A stretch of DNA of 64,000 nucleotides, from NCBI GenBank assembly GCA_001599295.1, contig BCGN01000006.1:682001-746000 (forward strand). The letters are read 5' to 3'. The number at the start of each line of letters is the position of its first letter. Position 1 is the first letter of the stretch. The notes beneath the pieces were generated by a model, which saw nothing but the letters and a program-made list of their open reading frames with translations, ran no database searches and was not told where the DNA came from. Positions 23,901 through 35,525 of this stretch are shown here, one piece after another. Position numbers and translations under genes: made by a program. The stretch is from Sporopachydermia quercuum (Eukaryota).

Positions 23901-25219
23901 CCTTCTCATCATTATTGAAAGCTGATGTCAAGTTATAATTCTAAAATAGAGTTTATGGATGTAACTAAAGTTTAACGGATTTAAACTTCTCAGAATATGT
24001 AGCGAACAGGAAATTTACAAAGAAAACCAAACTTGTTAACAAATAGCGCCAAAACTTACTTAGGGTTCCTACTCTGTGGCCGATTTCAACCGAGCTTTTC
24101 CGAACTTGAAACTTACTGAGATATTATTTGATTGATGAAAGAAGAGAACTCACTACGGAAAAGCAATTGAATGTGGTATGCAATTGTTCGAAATGGAATA
24201 CTGGAAAATGGAATAATAAACAAAACGATTGAATATATATTGGTGAAGGATTTTATTTTCAAATAAAACAGTTTTCTATTGTCATTTGATTCAAATAACA
24301 TATGATGAACAATAAGAGCAACGAAATTCTTCCGATATACGCCGAGAATGAAGGTAGTGATTTCAGTCTCTTTAGGAAAGGATAAAAGACAAAGAAGCAA
24401 CATATGCCGTGAATGCAAACGAAGTACTAAGAATATTATTTTATGGAGAAAAGGCAGAAAGAGTGAGCAAGACCAAGAAAATGAGAACGCTGCCAATCTG
24501 ACTTCCTTTTTTGTTTAGCTAGTGAAATACAAACAAAGTGGAAAAGGGAAGTTTCTTACTGTTTCTATTCTTTGTCCTCAAGAAGGTTCCTCACATATGG
24601 ACGAGCCATATGGAAAGCACTCTAGGTAGTTCTCCATCCATCCATTGTGAAATACATAGCACGATCATTTTCCAAGTTACCCTGTACATGTAATTCATAA
24701 CTATCTTCAAATCTTATTCTTCAAATCTTCCAGCTTTGTGCATGCAGATGCAGCCGATCTCTCCTTCGTACAGTACTCCGTGTATAAATTAATTACGTAC
24801 ATCCTTATTATGCAAATTTTCATTTCCAGGTTCCAAACGTTGGCTTCTTTTATAAAATCTTTCTTCCTTTTATTTGAGATAAAAAATGAATAAAAAGTCG
24901 AAATATCATGTTTATCATGTTTTTTTCACNCTTTCAAACCATTTCCTCGGTCCATTTATGTTCATCTTATCTTGAAAGTGTGTAAGAGTGTGGTGTGTGT
25001 AGTCTGGTTGCTTACTAGTACTAGTACTATCACTACTACTGTAGATTACTACTTCTAATCAACAGATCTAGTTGTGTTCGTGATATCGTGAATTAACTGT
25101 TTAATTGTTCAATAACAACGTTTTTTCTTACCTGTATTTTATTGATACCTTTCAACCTCGAACGGATAGTCAAGTTTGCGATTAGCTACTTGATCACAGG
25201 TTCATTTTCAATATATCGG

Positions 25220-25392
25220 ATGACCACAACAGTCTTTTCTTCCCGGTTTAGACGGTTGTAACAGTTTATGTTAACTGTTGGTAACCTAGTAATCGTTTCC
25301 ATTCAAAAATTTAGTCTTTGATTTTTATGATACGAACAGGCAATAGAAACTTGTTTCCTGCTTTTTGTTCGTTGCCAGGAGAAATCTGCTGA
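25220..25392 (+). promoter_or_regulatory. Three tandem uORFs upstream of the Hap4-like gene (25220-25261, 25268-25321, 25327-25392)
   Basis: ATG...stop units of 13, 17 and 21 sense codons separated by 6 and 5 nt; being inside the 5' UTR is inferred, not shown. Confidence 0.45.
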
Positions 25393-25515
25393 ACAATTTT
25401 CAAAATTTCTTCAATTGCTATAGCACCATTAGTTCCTGGTACAGGAACTGATGCAGGTTCTAGTACCGGCTCAAAAAACTTAAACGCAAACTCAACAACT
25501 GTTTTATCAAAACCT

Positions 25516-27117
25516 ATGACTTCTATTGCTTCTAATTCTATTTCCTCCACATCATCTACAGGACAAATCCAATCCCAGTCTTCATCGTCACACTTACATC
25601 CGATTGCACCAGCACCTATTACTGCGCGTACCAAACAGCAAATCTCACCGAAGCTTTCATCAGCTGCAATTGCAAAGTTTTTTGCTTCGGCTTCTGGTAG
25701 TAATTCCAATAATGTCCACACTGGTTCAGCACCTCAGGATAAGAAACCAATTGGTGCATCTTCATCTGGAATCAAGTCGTCGAAGCCTACACCTTCATCA
25801 TTTCCTAGCCAGAATCTTGCTCCAGCTCCGGTTTCAACATCAACTTCTGGGCCACCAAGCATAATTCACTCAAACTCTACTACTTCGTTGTCAGCTTCTA
25901 CCAGTAATACTCCTATACAATGTATTTCGACGTCCAAAACCTGGGTGCTACCGCCACGTCCTAAACCAGGACGAAAACCAGCTTCTAATTCAAATGGCTC
26001 AACATCTGGTAGAAGAAAGTCTCAGGCTACCAGAAACAAATCAGGAACGAATCGAAAGGAGTCTGTTTCAGTATCTCCTCCCAGTAAAGAAGCCAGTTTA
26101 GCTGGAAGTACCGACTATTNTAGCAACAGCAATAACATCGGTAAGTCAACTATGAACTCTGAGACAATCGGANGGAAACTTCCATTACCACCTAAATCAA
26201 CCTTCACTTTGAAACAAGGCTTAATGAATGACAAGAATGCACATACTATGCAATCAAACAAGACATTATCTGCCACCTCTATTGAAATCAGGAAATCGTC
26301 TTCCACATCTGCTATTTCTTCCGCTTTCAAACCATTAGCTACTCAAATTGGTGAAAATGCTTCTGAAGTTCGAAACGCCACGGGAATGATGCGGAGAGAG
26401 TCCGAGTCTTGCACGGTATTGTCTTCTCTCAATTCTTTATCAATTGAGCCAAGAAAACTCCTCGATCTATCAACAGAAACTATTACAGAAAGTCTTTTGA
26501 TGAACCCTAAACCACAACCAAAACGAAAACGATTCAAGAAACAGTCACATTCAGAAGGGGATGTAACTTCACCAAAAGAAGACCCCACTCTAGGGTTGAA
26601 CGTTCTTTCAGAAATCACCGAATCTTCTCCTGTACTTTCTGCTGGTTCAGCAACGCCGGGTGATTTCGAATTTGATCTCTCTGATTATCGAGGAGCGGAA
26701 CTTGAATTGGAAATTTCTCTATCCCCCTTATCTTCTGTCGAGTCTCCGTTACATGATGATGATATTTCTATTGTTGATACTGTTATTCCATCCTCTAAGA
26801 ATATTGCCAACTCTGCTCTCCGGCAACTTGATGGTGGTGCAGTAGGTGTTGATTTCAGTTTTTTCTCTACTCAGTCCCAATCGATCAAGTCAAAACCAAA
26901 ACCTGACTTTTCCTCCCATCCAACTATCGCTGGAGTTTTTTTTGATGACTATGATTATACAAGTACTCTAGTGAAATCGGAAGATGAGGACGATGTTGAA
27001 GTTGATCCTTGTGGATTTTGTTCTAATGGGACACCTTGCTTGTGTGCTTTGGCGGCAAAGGAAAGACTGAGGCACAAAAAGAAAGAGTCGTGCAAAAGGA
27101 AGATTGATAGTAGCTGA
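25516..27117 (+). CDS. HAP4: Hap4-like CCAAT-binding-complex regulatory subunit (Hap4L motif, C-terminal Cys motif, no bZIP)
   Basis: ISTSKTWVLPPRPKPGRKP Hap4L motif (about 25924-25980); CGFCSNGTPCLC at 27010-27045; lies near SLD2 and KTI12, which flank HAP4 in S. cerevisiae. Confidence 0.75.
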   Translation: MTSIASNSISSTSSTGQIQSQSSSSHLHPIAPAPITARTKQQISPKLSSAAIAKFFASASGSNSNNVHTGSAPQDKKPIGASSSGIKSSKPTPSSFPSQNLAPAPVSTSTSGPPSIIHSNSTTSLSASTSNTPIQCISTSKTWVLPPRPKPGRKPASNSNGSTSGRRKSQATRNKSGTNRKESVSVSPPSKEASLAGSTDYXSNSNNIGKSTMNSETIGXKLPLPPKSTFTLKQGLMNDKNAHTMQSNKTLSATSIEIRKSSSTSAISSAFKPLATQIGENASEVRNATGMMRRESESCTVLSSLNSLSIEPRKLLDLSTETITESLLMNPKPQPKRKRFKKQSHSEGDVTSPKEDPTLGLNVLSEITESSPVLSAGSATPGDFEFDLSDYRGAELELEISLSPLSSVESPLHDDDISIVDTVIPSSKNIANSALRQLDGGAVGVDFSFFSTQSQSIKSKPKPDFSSHPTIAGVFFDDYDYTSTLVKSEDEDDVEVDPCGFCSNGTPCLCALAAKERLRHKKKESCKRKIDSS

Positions 27118-28232
27118 TTGACTTTTTTTTTGGTTCGTGTTAAGAGAATCATATGAAATAGTTNTGTTTCTATGATCAATGGCTTTTGTTTTTGTGGTTT
27201 GTGATTGTGATTGTGGTTATGTTCAATTTATTGAACATAATCACACGGACGGAATGGTTTCACGGCTGGGCGTTTATTGCTCCATTTATATTTGGTTAAA
27301 TATTTGGCTATAATTTGATACAGTTTTTCCATGGACAATGCGGAAATAACTATTAGAAAAAGAGCCGTCTAGTCTAATATTTGTGGAACAAAATTGAAAT
27401 TGGTTAATTGGTTATGTATATTAACCGGAAGTATTATGGAATCAGAGGTTGCGTTGATCTGATTATCAATTTACTGACTTCTTATGGCTAAAATTTTTTA
27501 TTCTCTTATTCTGCGACGTTTTTCATGACTATGTTATGTTGATGGCTATTTTTATCACTTTATTAGACATATGTCGATTTATGTTTTTATTGCCCTACTT
27601 ACTATATTTATATTCATTTATTCATCTTGCTAGTTATCTACGTTTTTTTATTTGGTATAATTGGGATTGAACAATTAGGATTATGGTTAACGATTGACTT
27701 TTTATTACTTTATTTTANAACTTATTTATTCTTATCTTATGACAGTTATGATACAGAACGTTACTTTTTTATTTCTTGCTTTATTGTTATTAGTTGTTTA
27801 AAGTATTCTATGAACCTGATTTATTATATATAAAATGATTGTAGAGGGCTGAGAATATTCAACTCGAACGATAGGTGTGCATATCTTGATAATACTATTA
27901 TTCACTGAAACACTCTATGTTAACCACAGTTTTGTTCGATGCTCACTGCTGTCAACCATTGCGTACTAAAAAATAGCCGACCAAACGATTGGGTTTTAAT
28001 AGCTGAAATTAGATGGTAATGCTGGAATTTTTATNCGAAGATACTTCAATTACGCTACCTCCTAATAGGATTCAAATCAAAGTGATAAAGCTTTGCATTT
28101 TGCAATCCAGGTGGTACAACAAGTGTTCTATGCAGAGCTCCCTTATATATTGAGGGAGCAGAGCTCACAAGCAGCAAAGTAAACTAATTAAAAGTAATTA
28201 AATGTAAACTGTATTTTATTCATACTCACATT

Positions 28233-30791
28233 CTATGTAGTCCATAATCTACAAGTACCATCAGCACCACAGCTAAACAACCATGCTTCTCTTGGATGCC
28301 AGACAGTCTTCATTATACCAAGAGAATTGATAACAGAATGACCCTTAAGTATCTTCAAAGGGACCAACAACGGATTTGTCATCAAATCATCATACACAGT
28401 TGCATGGAAAATATTGATATTACCATCATCTGATGCTGAACAAAATAATGGTAATCCGTTTTTATGGAATGCAACATCGCGAACAGCCTTTTCGTGATAA
28501 CGAAGCGTTTTGTAGGGTTTATCACTAAGATCTAAATCATGCCATATAACTCTTTTATCGTAACTTGATGCAATAACATTATCACCGAGAGGGTGAATAT
28601 CAAACGTGCTTAACCATCTTGCTCCTGGTAGTAATTTCTTACTAAGAACTTGTTGCTGCAGATCATAAATACGGATATATCTTTGAGTAGCAACATAAAG
28701 GTGAGGTCTGAAGGGATGGAATTTAGCCTGTTGAACAATACCTCTTGATTTTCTAAAAGGTGATTGGGAAGAATGTTTGGATAACTGGTGAATCAAAACA
28801 GCTGTGTTTGCAGCTTCAGGACTAACAGTTACAAAATAATCACCTTTTCTGTGCCAGGAGAACTGTTTGACAGTTCGTTTCAATTGAATAACTGCTGCCA
28901 AACCCTTGTCAACTTGCTTAGTATTTGTTGGTTTGATCCAAACACCAGGAGATGATCTAGCAGTTGAAGTTGTGGCCGACTTTTTGCCCTTAGAAGATGT
29001 AGTTTCTTCATCACTATCATCATCATTGTCATCGGCTTCATCATCAGGCTTAACGCTACCACCAGAAACGTTATCACCAAAACTCCAACCTGACTCAATC
29101 TGTGATTGACCAGTTGTTATAATCTCCAAATCCCATATAGTAGGAACAATCAAAAAAACATTGTTGCCAGCAGTTACACCAAGTATACCATTACTACTAG
29201 AATCGGGGTTCCATTCTAAAGCATCGACATTATCCTCCTCGTTTTCACTCTTCTTAACTAAGTGCATTTTCCATACTTCACGACCAGTGAGTACTTCCCA
29301 TATACGAACAGTACCATCGTCACCACCAGATGCAAGCCATTGACCAGTTGGATCAATGGATATTGACCTAACTTTACCTTTATGTCCTCTATAGATAGTT
29401 GAACATTTAATAGGGAAAGGCCGTAAATCCTGTGGTGATGGTAACTTTGGTATCAATGATTCAGGATCAATATTCAGTTTGTTTTTACGTACTCTAGGTG
29501 CTAGATATAAATCCAGAGAACGCTCGAACCTTTCTCTTACTGCTTCAGAGTAGCCAGGAACCTTTCTTAAAGACCCAAACTTTCTTGGTAAGAAATCACG
29601 CTCTCTATCTTGAGGATCTGTGTTTTTCCATTCTTCTTCCTCCTCTTTTGAAAGTAGATATTCTTCAGGAGGGTTATAACTTTCCTCATTAGTAGGTAAA
29701 GGTAATTTAGGAGCAGGGATATGCATTACATGATCGGGCATGTCATCAGCATTATCACCCCAAATGTCATACATATTAGAGAAGTCGTCTTCATCAGGAG
29801 TCTCGGGCTTATTAGGGACAATTCTACCATCTCTAATAGCACGTACAATTTTCATGATCCTCTTTGCCTCATGTTTAGAAGGAACAAATCGCCTTTTTGG
29901 TTCAGGAATAGCAGTAACAGGCATAACAGATGTCTTACTAGTGAACCATTCAATTGTTGGTTCATATGGATTGATATCTTCGTCAGGATTTTCTTTTGTT
30001 TGAATTTTCTTGATTAGATTTAATTCCTCTTCAGTAAGTTTTAATGACGTACCAGTGTTTTGATCCAACAAACCTGTCCATCCTTCAGGGATATCAATTG
30101 TTTCTAATAATGCATCAAGAGCTGAACCTGTTGCTGGTCTCATAATACGTTTACCATTAATACTATAACCTATATGAGGATACTCGTCGTAAGCTGATAA
30201 AGGAATATTTCCAATCGTATTTGGTTGTTCAACGTCAGAATCATCAGAATCATAAATTGGTATAATCTCTGGTCTTATGGGTCTCAACTTTCCGTCTGCT
30301 CCTGGAATGTATTTAGTAACGGAGTCAACCGATGAATCGGAATCAACATCTTCCGGTTCAGAGTTGAACACGGATTGTTCAGTTTCTTCGTCTTCAAACA
30401 GAAATTCACCTACATTTTTATCAGCTTCAATCTCTTCTTCGTCTTTTTCTTTATCACCTTTTTCAATTCCATCCTGTTGGTCGTCTTCCTCTTCATCTTC
30501 TTCACTTTCTTCTTCATCGCTTTCTGATGGATCAATTAGATTGCCTACATCAAACGATTCATCTTCTGAATCTTCAAGTTCATCTGAGCTTTCAATTTCC
30601 TTTTCTTCATCTTCTTCAAAATCTTCATCCTCTTCGTCCTCGTTGTCCTCTTCAAGCTTTTCGTTCTTCCATTTTCTTATTGAGGTTGAATCCTCCTTTC
30701 CCGCATTNTTCTTATCATTCAAATTAACTTCTTTACCCCCATTGGTCTTCTTCACTTGTTTCACTCCGTTTCGTGTTCTTTTTGAACCCAT
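28233..30791 (-). CDS. ERB1: Ribosome biogenesis protein Erb1/BOP1
   Basis: Acidic N-terminus, [60 protein letters not shown]40 C-terminus. Confidence 0.97.
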   Translation of the reverse strand: MGSKRTRNGVKQVKKTNGGKEVNLNDKXNAGKEDSTSIRKWKNEKLEEDNEDEEDEDFEEDEEKEIESSDELEDSEDESFDVGNLIDPSESDEEESEEDEEEDDQQDGIEKGDKEKDEEEIEADKNVGEFLFEDEETEQSVFNSEPEDVDSDSSVDSVTKYIPGADGKLRPIRPEIIPIYDSDDSDVEQPNTIGNIPLSAYDEYPHIGYSINGKRIMRPATGSALDALLETIDIPEGWTGLLDQNTGTSLKLTEEELNLIKKIQTKENPDEDINPYEPTIEWFTSKTSVMPVTAIPEPKRRFVPSKHEAKRIMKIVRAIRDGRIVPNKPETPDEDDFSNMYDIWGDNADDMPDHVMHIPAPKLPLPTNEESYNPPEEYLLSKEEEEEWKNTDPQDRERDFLPRKFGSLRKVPGYSEAVRERFERSLDLYLAPRVRKNKLNIDPESLIPKLPSPQDLRPFPIKCSTIYRGHKGKVRSISIDPTGQWLASGGDDGTVRIWEVLTGREVWKMHLVKKSENEEDNVDALEWNPDSSSNGILGVTAGNNVFLIVPTIWDLEIITTGQSQIESGWSFGDNVSGGSVKPDDEADDNDDDSDEETTSSKGKKSATTSTARSSPGVWIKPTNTKQVDKGLAAVIQLKRTVKQFSWHRKGDYFVTVSPEAANTAVLIHQLSKHSSQSPFRKSRGIVQQAKFHPFRPHLYVATQRYIRIYDLQQQVLSKKLLPGARWLSTFDIHPLGDNVIASSYDKRVIWHDLDLSDKPYKTLRYHEKAVRDVAFHKNGLPLFCSASDDGNINIFHATVYDDLMTNPLLVPLKILKGHSVINSLGIMKTVWHPREAWLFSCGADGTCRLWTT

Positions 30792-30962
30792 GATGAATCA
30801 AAGAGTCAATTTAACAAGACAATGCAAGGTTTTTAGTCTCGATTGAAAACAATACTCCTCTCTCAACAGATCTTTCATCTATTCATTATCTATTCTTCAC
30901 TATGTGTACAAACAAACAATCTCTCATTCTTTATGCCAAAAAACTCATGGCTCATACAAATC

Positions 30963-31061
30963 AAAAAATTTTGTTTAATATGAAAAGCTCCGGGTAACAT
31001 TTTCTGAAAGAACAATTTTTCACCCTGGTAAAACTCGGGATGTCTAACTTGAAGTCTCATC
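30963..31061. promoter_or_regulatory. Shared ERB1/MAK11 ribosome-biogenesis promoter elements (RRPE, Reb1, PAC)
   Basis: AAAAAATTTT 30963-30972, CCGGGTAA 30990-30997, AATTTTTCA 31014-31022, CTCATC 31056-31061. Confidence 0.6.
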
Positions 31062-31330
31062 TTGAGCATTGATATTTTCTCCGTCTTATATCACATATAG
31101 TGAAAGTTTCTTCCTTTCCCACTTCTCATAATAAAGAAATTTTTATTTTGTATGTGAATTTATCATGAAATATTCGGTAATCAAGAGAGACCTATCAAAT
31201 GTTACTTCCTATTGCATTGATTCATCTATCTACTAGATTTGAATAACTAGTATATGATNAAATACTCAAGGATATAATATTGAGGTAAGAAGGAAATANN
31301 CTTATTTTTGTTGACTTGGAAATAGAAGAA

Positions 31331-32881
31331 ATGCCAGGAGAGAAACGAAAGCAATCGCTGGCTGACACTGAAGTCAGCAACAGTACAAGAAGTAAGAGCG
31401 TCAAGCATAAGGTATCAAAGCCTAATAGCAAACAAGTAAAAAAGCATAAACCATTGAAATCAATTTTGAAAACCAGCGAGAGTTATAAACAGAAAGGAGA
31501 AGTGAAGACCTCGGCTGAAAAGGAAGAGGACATTGAAGAGGACACTGACAATAATGATGAGGAGCCGGCATATCAACAACCGGTCAATGACAAGAAAGCT
31601 TTATTATCTANATCTTCAACCTCTAAACCTGTAAATCATGAAAATATAACGTTCAGAATAGTAACAGGATCTTATGAACATTATTTATTATGTTTACAAT
31701 TAACTCTGTTGAATAAGAAAACACCTGATAACGGAGTTGAGCCTTTATTTACTCCTATCTTCCATTTTGAAGCTCATACTCAATCAATTAAAACTGTTAC
31801 TAGTTCAAAGAAATTCCTTATATCTGGTGGTAATGATGAACATATTAAAATTTACGATATCCAAAAAAGAAAAGAACTTGGTACTTTGCTTGAGCACAAT
31901 GGCTCAATCACTGTATGTAAGTTCACAACTGGTGATAAGATCGATGGTAAATGGTTATTATCCGGCTCGAATGATGGCAAAATTTGTATATGGAGATGCA
32001 AAGATTGGGAGCTATTAGCAACAATGAAAGGTCATAAAGGGAAAATCAATGACTTTTCAATTCATCCTTCTGGGAGAATAGCGATTAGTGTTGGTGATGA
32101 TCGCACGTTACGATTATGGAATTTAATGACAGCAAAGAAAGCTTCTGTTGTGAAATTAGGCCAAATATGGCCTAATTATTACTCATCTGCTGAATTTGTT
32201 CGTTGGAATGTCAATGGTGATTACTTCATTGTTGGATTCTCAAATCGGTTAGCTATTTTCAAAACTAGCGAAGCCAAAGTTATCGGTATTGTTGATATAC
32301 CAATAAAGATTGGGTCAATCATGTGCACGGAACTGTTCTCTAATAATCAAGGACAAGAACTAATAATTACTGGTCAATCCAATGGTAAGATTCTATTATT
32401 TAATTTACAAACTATCATTGATTATTATACAAATAAAGAGACAGAGGAGAAGATTGATACAGTTGGTAAAACATATACTAAATACGAAATCACACCAACT
32501 GCTGAAATGACAGGACATGCCATTAGAATCAAAGGTATTCATTATCATAGATATTTTCCAAGTGCAGAAGATGNAAAGTCAGGGGAGAATGGCAAAGATT
32601 TCTTGATTTCTGCGTCTTCAGATGGTAAAATTCTCGTGTGGGATTTGGATATAAATGATCAAATCGCTGTTTATGATTCTGGTGAAAGAATAAATTGTGT
32701 GACTGCTTTCAACGATTATCTAGAAAAATATGAACATGTCCTTGATAAGAGTACTAATGATATTGATACTGATTATGAAAGTGAGATCGATGTTGATGAA
32801 TTGAAGCCAAAACTGAGTCGTTCAGCAAAAAAGAGAATAAACAAAAGGAAGAAGAATCTTGTAAAGGTTGAGCTTGAATAG
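31331..32881 (+). CDS. MAK11: 60S biogenesis WD40 protein Mak11 (PAK1IP1 family)
   Basis: FRIVTGSYEH, FTPIFHFEAH, DEHIKIYDIQKRKELGTLL.H.GSIT, IHPSGRIAISVGDD..LRLWNLMTAKKA. Confidence 0.93.
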   Translation: MPGEKRKQSLADTEVSNSTRSKSVKHKVSKPNSKQVKKHKPLKSILKTSESYKQKGEVKTSAEKEEDIEEDTDNNDEEPAYQQPVNDKKALLSXSSTSKPVNHENITFRIVTGSYEHYLLCLQLTLLNKKTPDNGVEPLFTPIFHFEAHTQSIKTVTSSKKFLISGGNDEHIKIYDIQKRKELGTLLEHNGSITVCKFTTGDKIDGKWLLSGSNDGKICIWRCKDWELLATMKGHKGKINDFSIHPSGRIAISVGDDRTLRLWNLMTAKKASVVKLGQIWPNYYSSAEFVRWNVNGDYFIVGFSNRLAIFKTSEAKVIGIVDIPIKIGSIMCTELFSNNQGQELIITGQSNGKILLFNLQTIIDYYTNKETEEKIDTVGKTYTKYEITPTAEMTGHAIRIKGIHYHRYFPSAEDXKSGENGKDFLISASSDGKILVWDLDINDQIAVYDSGERINCVTAFNDYLEKYEHVLDKSTNDIDTDYESEIDVDELKPKLSRSAKKRINKRKKNLVKVELE

Positions 32882-33368
32882 NAAAGTACAAACAAATGTT
32901 GATTGTTTTATGATATACTTTATTATATGAATATTTATAGAAATTGGATTTTTAGNAGAAGATAATGATGGTCAGAAATCAAAATAATAAATCTATGTAT
33001 TGTAAATTGGCTGAANATCAGCAATGAAATAGTTTCTATAATTACATAAGTATTTTATCGTAAATCAGGATAACAAATATCACAGCACTCATGGCATGGA
33101 CTGTTCATTAATGATAGATACATACAAATACGTCATATCACTCACTATCTTGCCACCATAGTCTATCAACATATTCTTACAGGTTTTAATAGCTATAGTT
33201 GCCCTCATAATGCCGTTTATTCATAACCAATTTACCTATCTAACCTATTTAATAATTATCATATCCACAACTTAACATCTCTANCGATTTCTAATATCCA
33301 TTTTGCCTAACAGTCTTTCTTGTTTGTCTCTTTCATATTTTTTCCTATATTTCCTTTTTCCAATCCTT

Positions 33369-35525
33369 TCAAATACTATAACTTTCTTCGTAAAAATTAA
33401 GTCCTGATTGTATACTCCATTCCCTGGTATGATTAACTAATCCGATTGGACCAGAAGCAATGACCCAGTTACCAATTGACTTTTCGTCTTCAGTCCCATT
33501 AGAGTTTCTAACAGTGCACTCAGAATCAGATGGCGTAACAAAATTATTACCTGTCATACGACAGCATTGACCATTACTTGGTTGATTCTGACAGCAACCA
33601 AAATTATTAAACCAATCAAACAACCTACATCCTAGCACTGGTCTTGAGTAGAACACTTTGATATCTGATGAGAGATTTAGTGGAGAAGAAAATGNGTTTG
33701 CTGAATTTGAGTTTCTTGATTGTTTGTTTTCCTCCTGTTTTCTGTCATCATTGGCAGCACTACTGAGATCTGAACTGCCNTCTATTAAATTCATCGACAC
33801 ATCATTTGTCATTTGACAAGACATGTCAACTTTCACATCAAGATTCAATTCATCATCAATAGAAAAGGAGGCTTCATCGTTATTACCGTTGTTATTATTA
33901 TGACCAGAATTTGTAGTATTGATACTGCTGCTGTTATTGGGATTGAATGGTTTGTCAGATGTATACGGGATGAAAGGAACTGGCATTCTTATTGATGACA
34001 ACAAAGGAACAGTTTCTACTGAATTTCCATTTGATGACGAAGCTGATCCCGATGATAATAAAGGTGCTGGAGAATTTGATCTTGATGTCGGATTGGAGAA
34101 AGTAGCAGTGTTAAAATAAGTGGAAGTATTACTGTTGGTACCCCCAGTGACATATAATTCAACATTCGAGGTAATTCCAAAATAACTAAGAACTTTCACT
34201 TCATTGATATCCCTGATTGTCCAGATTAATTTATATGGTACACCAGAATATTCAAATAGACGTATTAACGGGATAGCAAAGGAAATAGATGAGCCTCCAC
34301 AAACTAATAATACTTTGTTGATGTTTCCAATGTTATTCAGTTTATCATTCAAATTCTTATAAGAATAAAAGCTTTTCTTATTCGTTCTTGGTCCCAAAAA
34401 CGAAGCAGTAAGCTTGGAACTTAAAGGACCAAACATATAATATGATTGATTGGTACGTAATTGAAAATGACTCCTTCTAACTATCAATTTGACATACTCT
34501 TTCTCACTTGCAAGACTTGCAATGGTATAAGGATGGGAAAGATTGATTGAAGATAGCCATATATTTGTTGAAGGATTAACAATTCTCAAATGTGAAGCAG
34601 GATCAAAGTATTTACCAAATTGTTTTCTTGGTATTGATACAACTTGTAAAGAATCTGTTATTGGTTCAATGATTATAGTTGCTTTGAAGGTATTCTTCAG
34701 TCTGTAAATAATTTGACCAACTAATATCGCAACGCTTAATCCTAAAGCAAGATTAGCATTGGGTCTTGCGTGGAAGATCAAGCATAAAATACTAATCCAA
34801 GTAGCAGAATAATGAACATAGTAAAACACTCTGTAGGAAGATCTTCTTGAAGCATTAATTGATGTGACAGNAATTGCAATGAACATCACCATTGCCACAA
34901 CACCAGCAACATTTGCACCTTTTCCCATTTTATTCATGGTTCCAAGGTATGCAAAGTAATATAAATACATTATCGTGTGAAGGAGAGCTTCAAGCACGAC
35001 CATACGTGCAAGCCATTTATGAATTGGTACCAGCCATAAGTATAAGGTCAACGGTAACGGTGACGGTTTAATTGTTAAGAAGAAAACTGCCGGTAACATT
35101 GAAACTGATATTCTACCAAGTCTTTTCGCGACAAATAGAAAATCTCCATGATTTTCACTCCACGATAAGTAGAAATTGAGGGAGAACCAGAAAAGTATCA
35201 TTACTATTAGGCTATGATGAATAGCTAAATGATATTTGTTTGCTATGGTGTTTGCTATCATCCCAATGATGTTATTCGTTTTTTCTCTCTTTGCCTTCAG
35301 CCATCGATTCTGCCGTAAGGAGTTCCAATTACTGGTTTTCCTTAAAATAAGTAACCACATAGGTATTACCAAAAGAAGAGCTAATGGTACGAAAATACCT
35401 ATATTACCGTATTTCATTGTTATTATTCTTCTAGTCCGCACAATCTCCGGTGGAGGATGAGGTGATATATCTAATCGGAACACATCTTCCAGGTAGTCAA
35501 GAACGACTGTAAATGGTGANTTCAT
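33369..35525 (-). CDS. FRE8: Ferric-reductase-like transmembrane protein Fre8
   Basis: KRLGRISVSMLP, PSPLPLTLYL..VPIHKW, SYRVFYYVHY, FAD motif HPYTIAS, C-terminal SGPIGL...FYEESYSI; divergent from RPS0 as in S. cerevisiae. Confidence 0.85.
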   Translation of the reverse strand: MXSPFTVVLDYLEDVFRLDISPHPPPEIVRTRRIITMKYGNIGIFVPLALLLVIPMWLLILRKTSNWNSLRQNRWLKAKREKTNNIIGMIANTIANKYHLAIHHSLIVMILFWFSLNFYLSWSENHGDFLFVAKRLGRISVSMLPAVFFLTIKPSPLPLTLYLWLVPIHKWLARMVVLEALLHTIMYLYYFAYLGTMNKMGKGANVAGVVAMVMFIAIXVTSINASRRSSYRVFYYVHYSATWISILCLIFHARPNANLALGLSVAILVGQIIYRLKNTFKATIIIEPITDSLQVVSIPRKQFGKYFDPASHLRIVNPSTNIWLSSINLSHPYTIASLASEKEYVKLIVRRSHFQLRTNQSYYMFGPLSSKLTASFLGPRTNKKSFYSYKNLNDKLNNIGNINKVLLVCGGSSISFAIPLIRLFEYSGVPYKLIWTIRDINEVKVLSYFGITSNVELYVTGGTNSNTSTYFNTATFSNPTSRSNSPAPLLSSGSASSSNGNSVETVPLLSSIRMPVPFIPYTSDKPFNPNNSSSINTTNSGHNNNNGNNDEASFSIDDELNLDVKVDMSCQMTNDVSMNLIXGSSDLSSAANDDRKQEENKQSRNSNSANXFSSPLNLSSDIKVFYSRPVLGCRLFDWFNNFGCCQNQPSNGQCCRMTGNNFVTPSDSECTVRNSNGTEDEKSIGNWVIASGPIGLVNHTREWSIQSGLNFYEESYSI

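Noticed and set aside
30277..30846. 189-aa Ser-rich plus-strand ORF
   Set aside because: Antisense of the acidic Erb1 N-terminus (GAA/GAT codons).
33540..33640. Cys cluster (GCC...QCC) near the Fre8 C-terminus as a novel metal site
   Set aside because: As I recall, comparable Cys residues occur in this region of S. cerevisiae Fre8, so it is probably a family trait.
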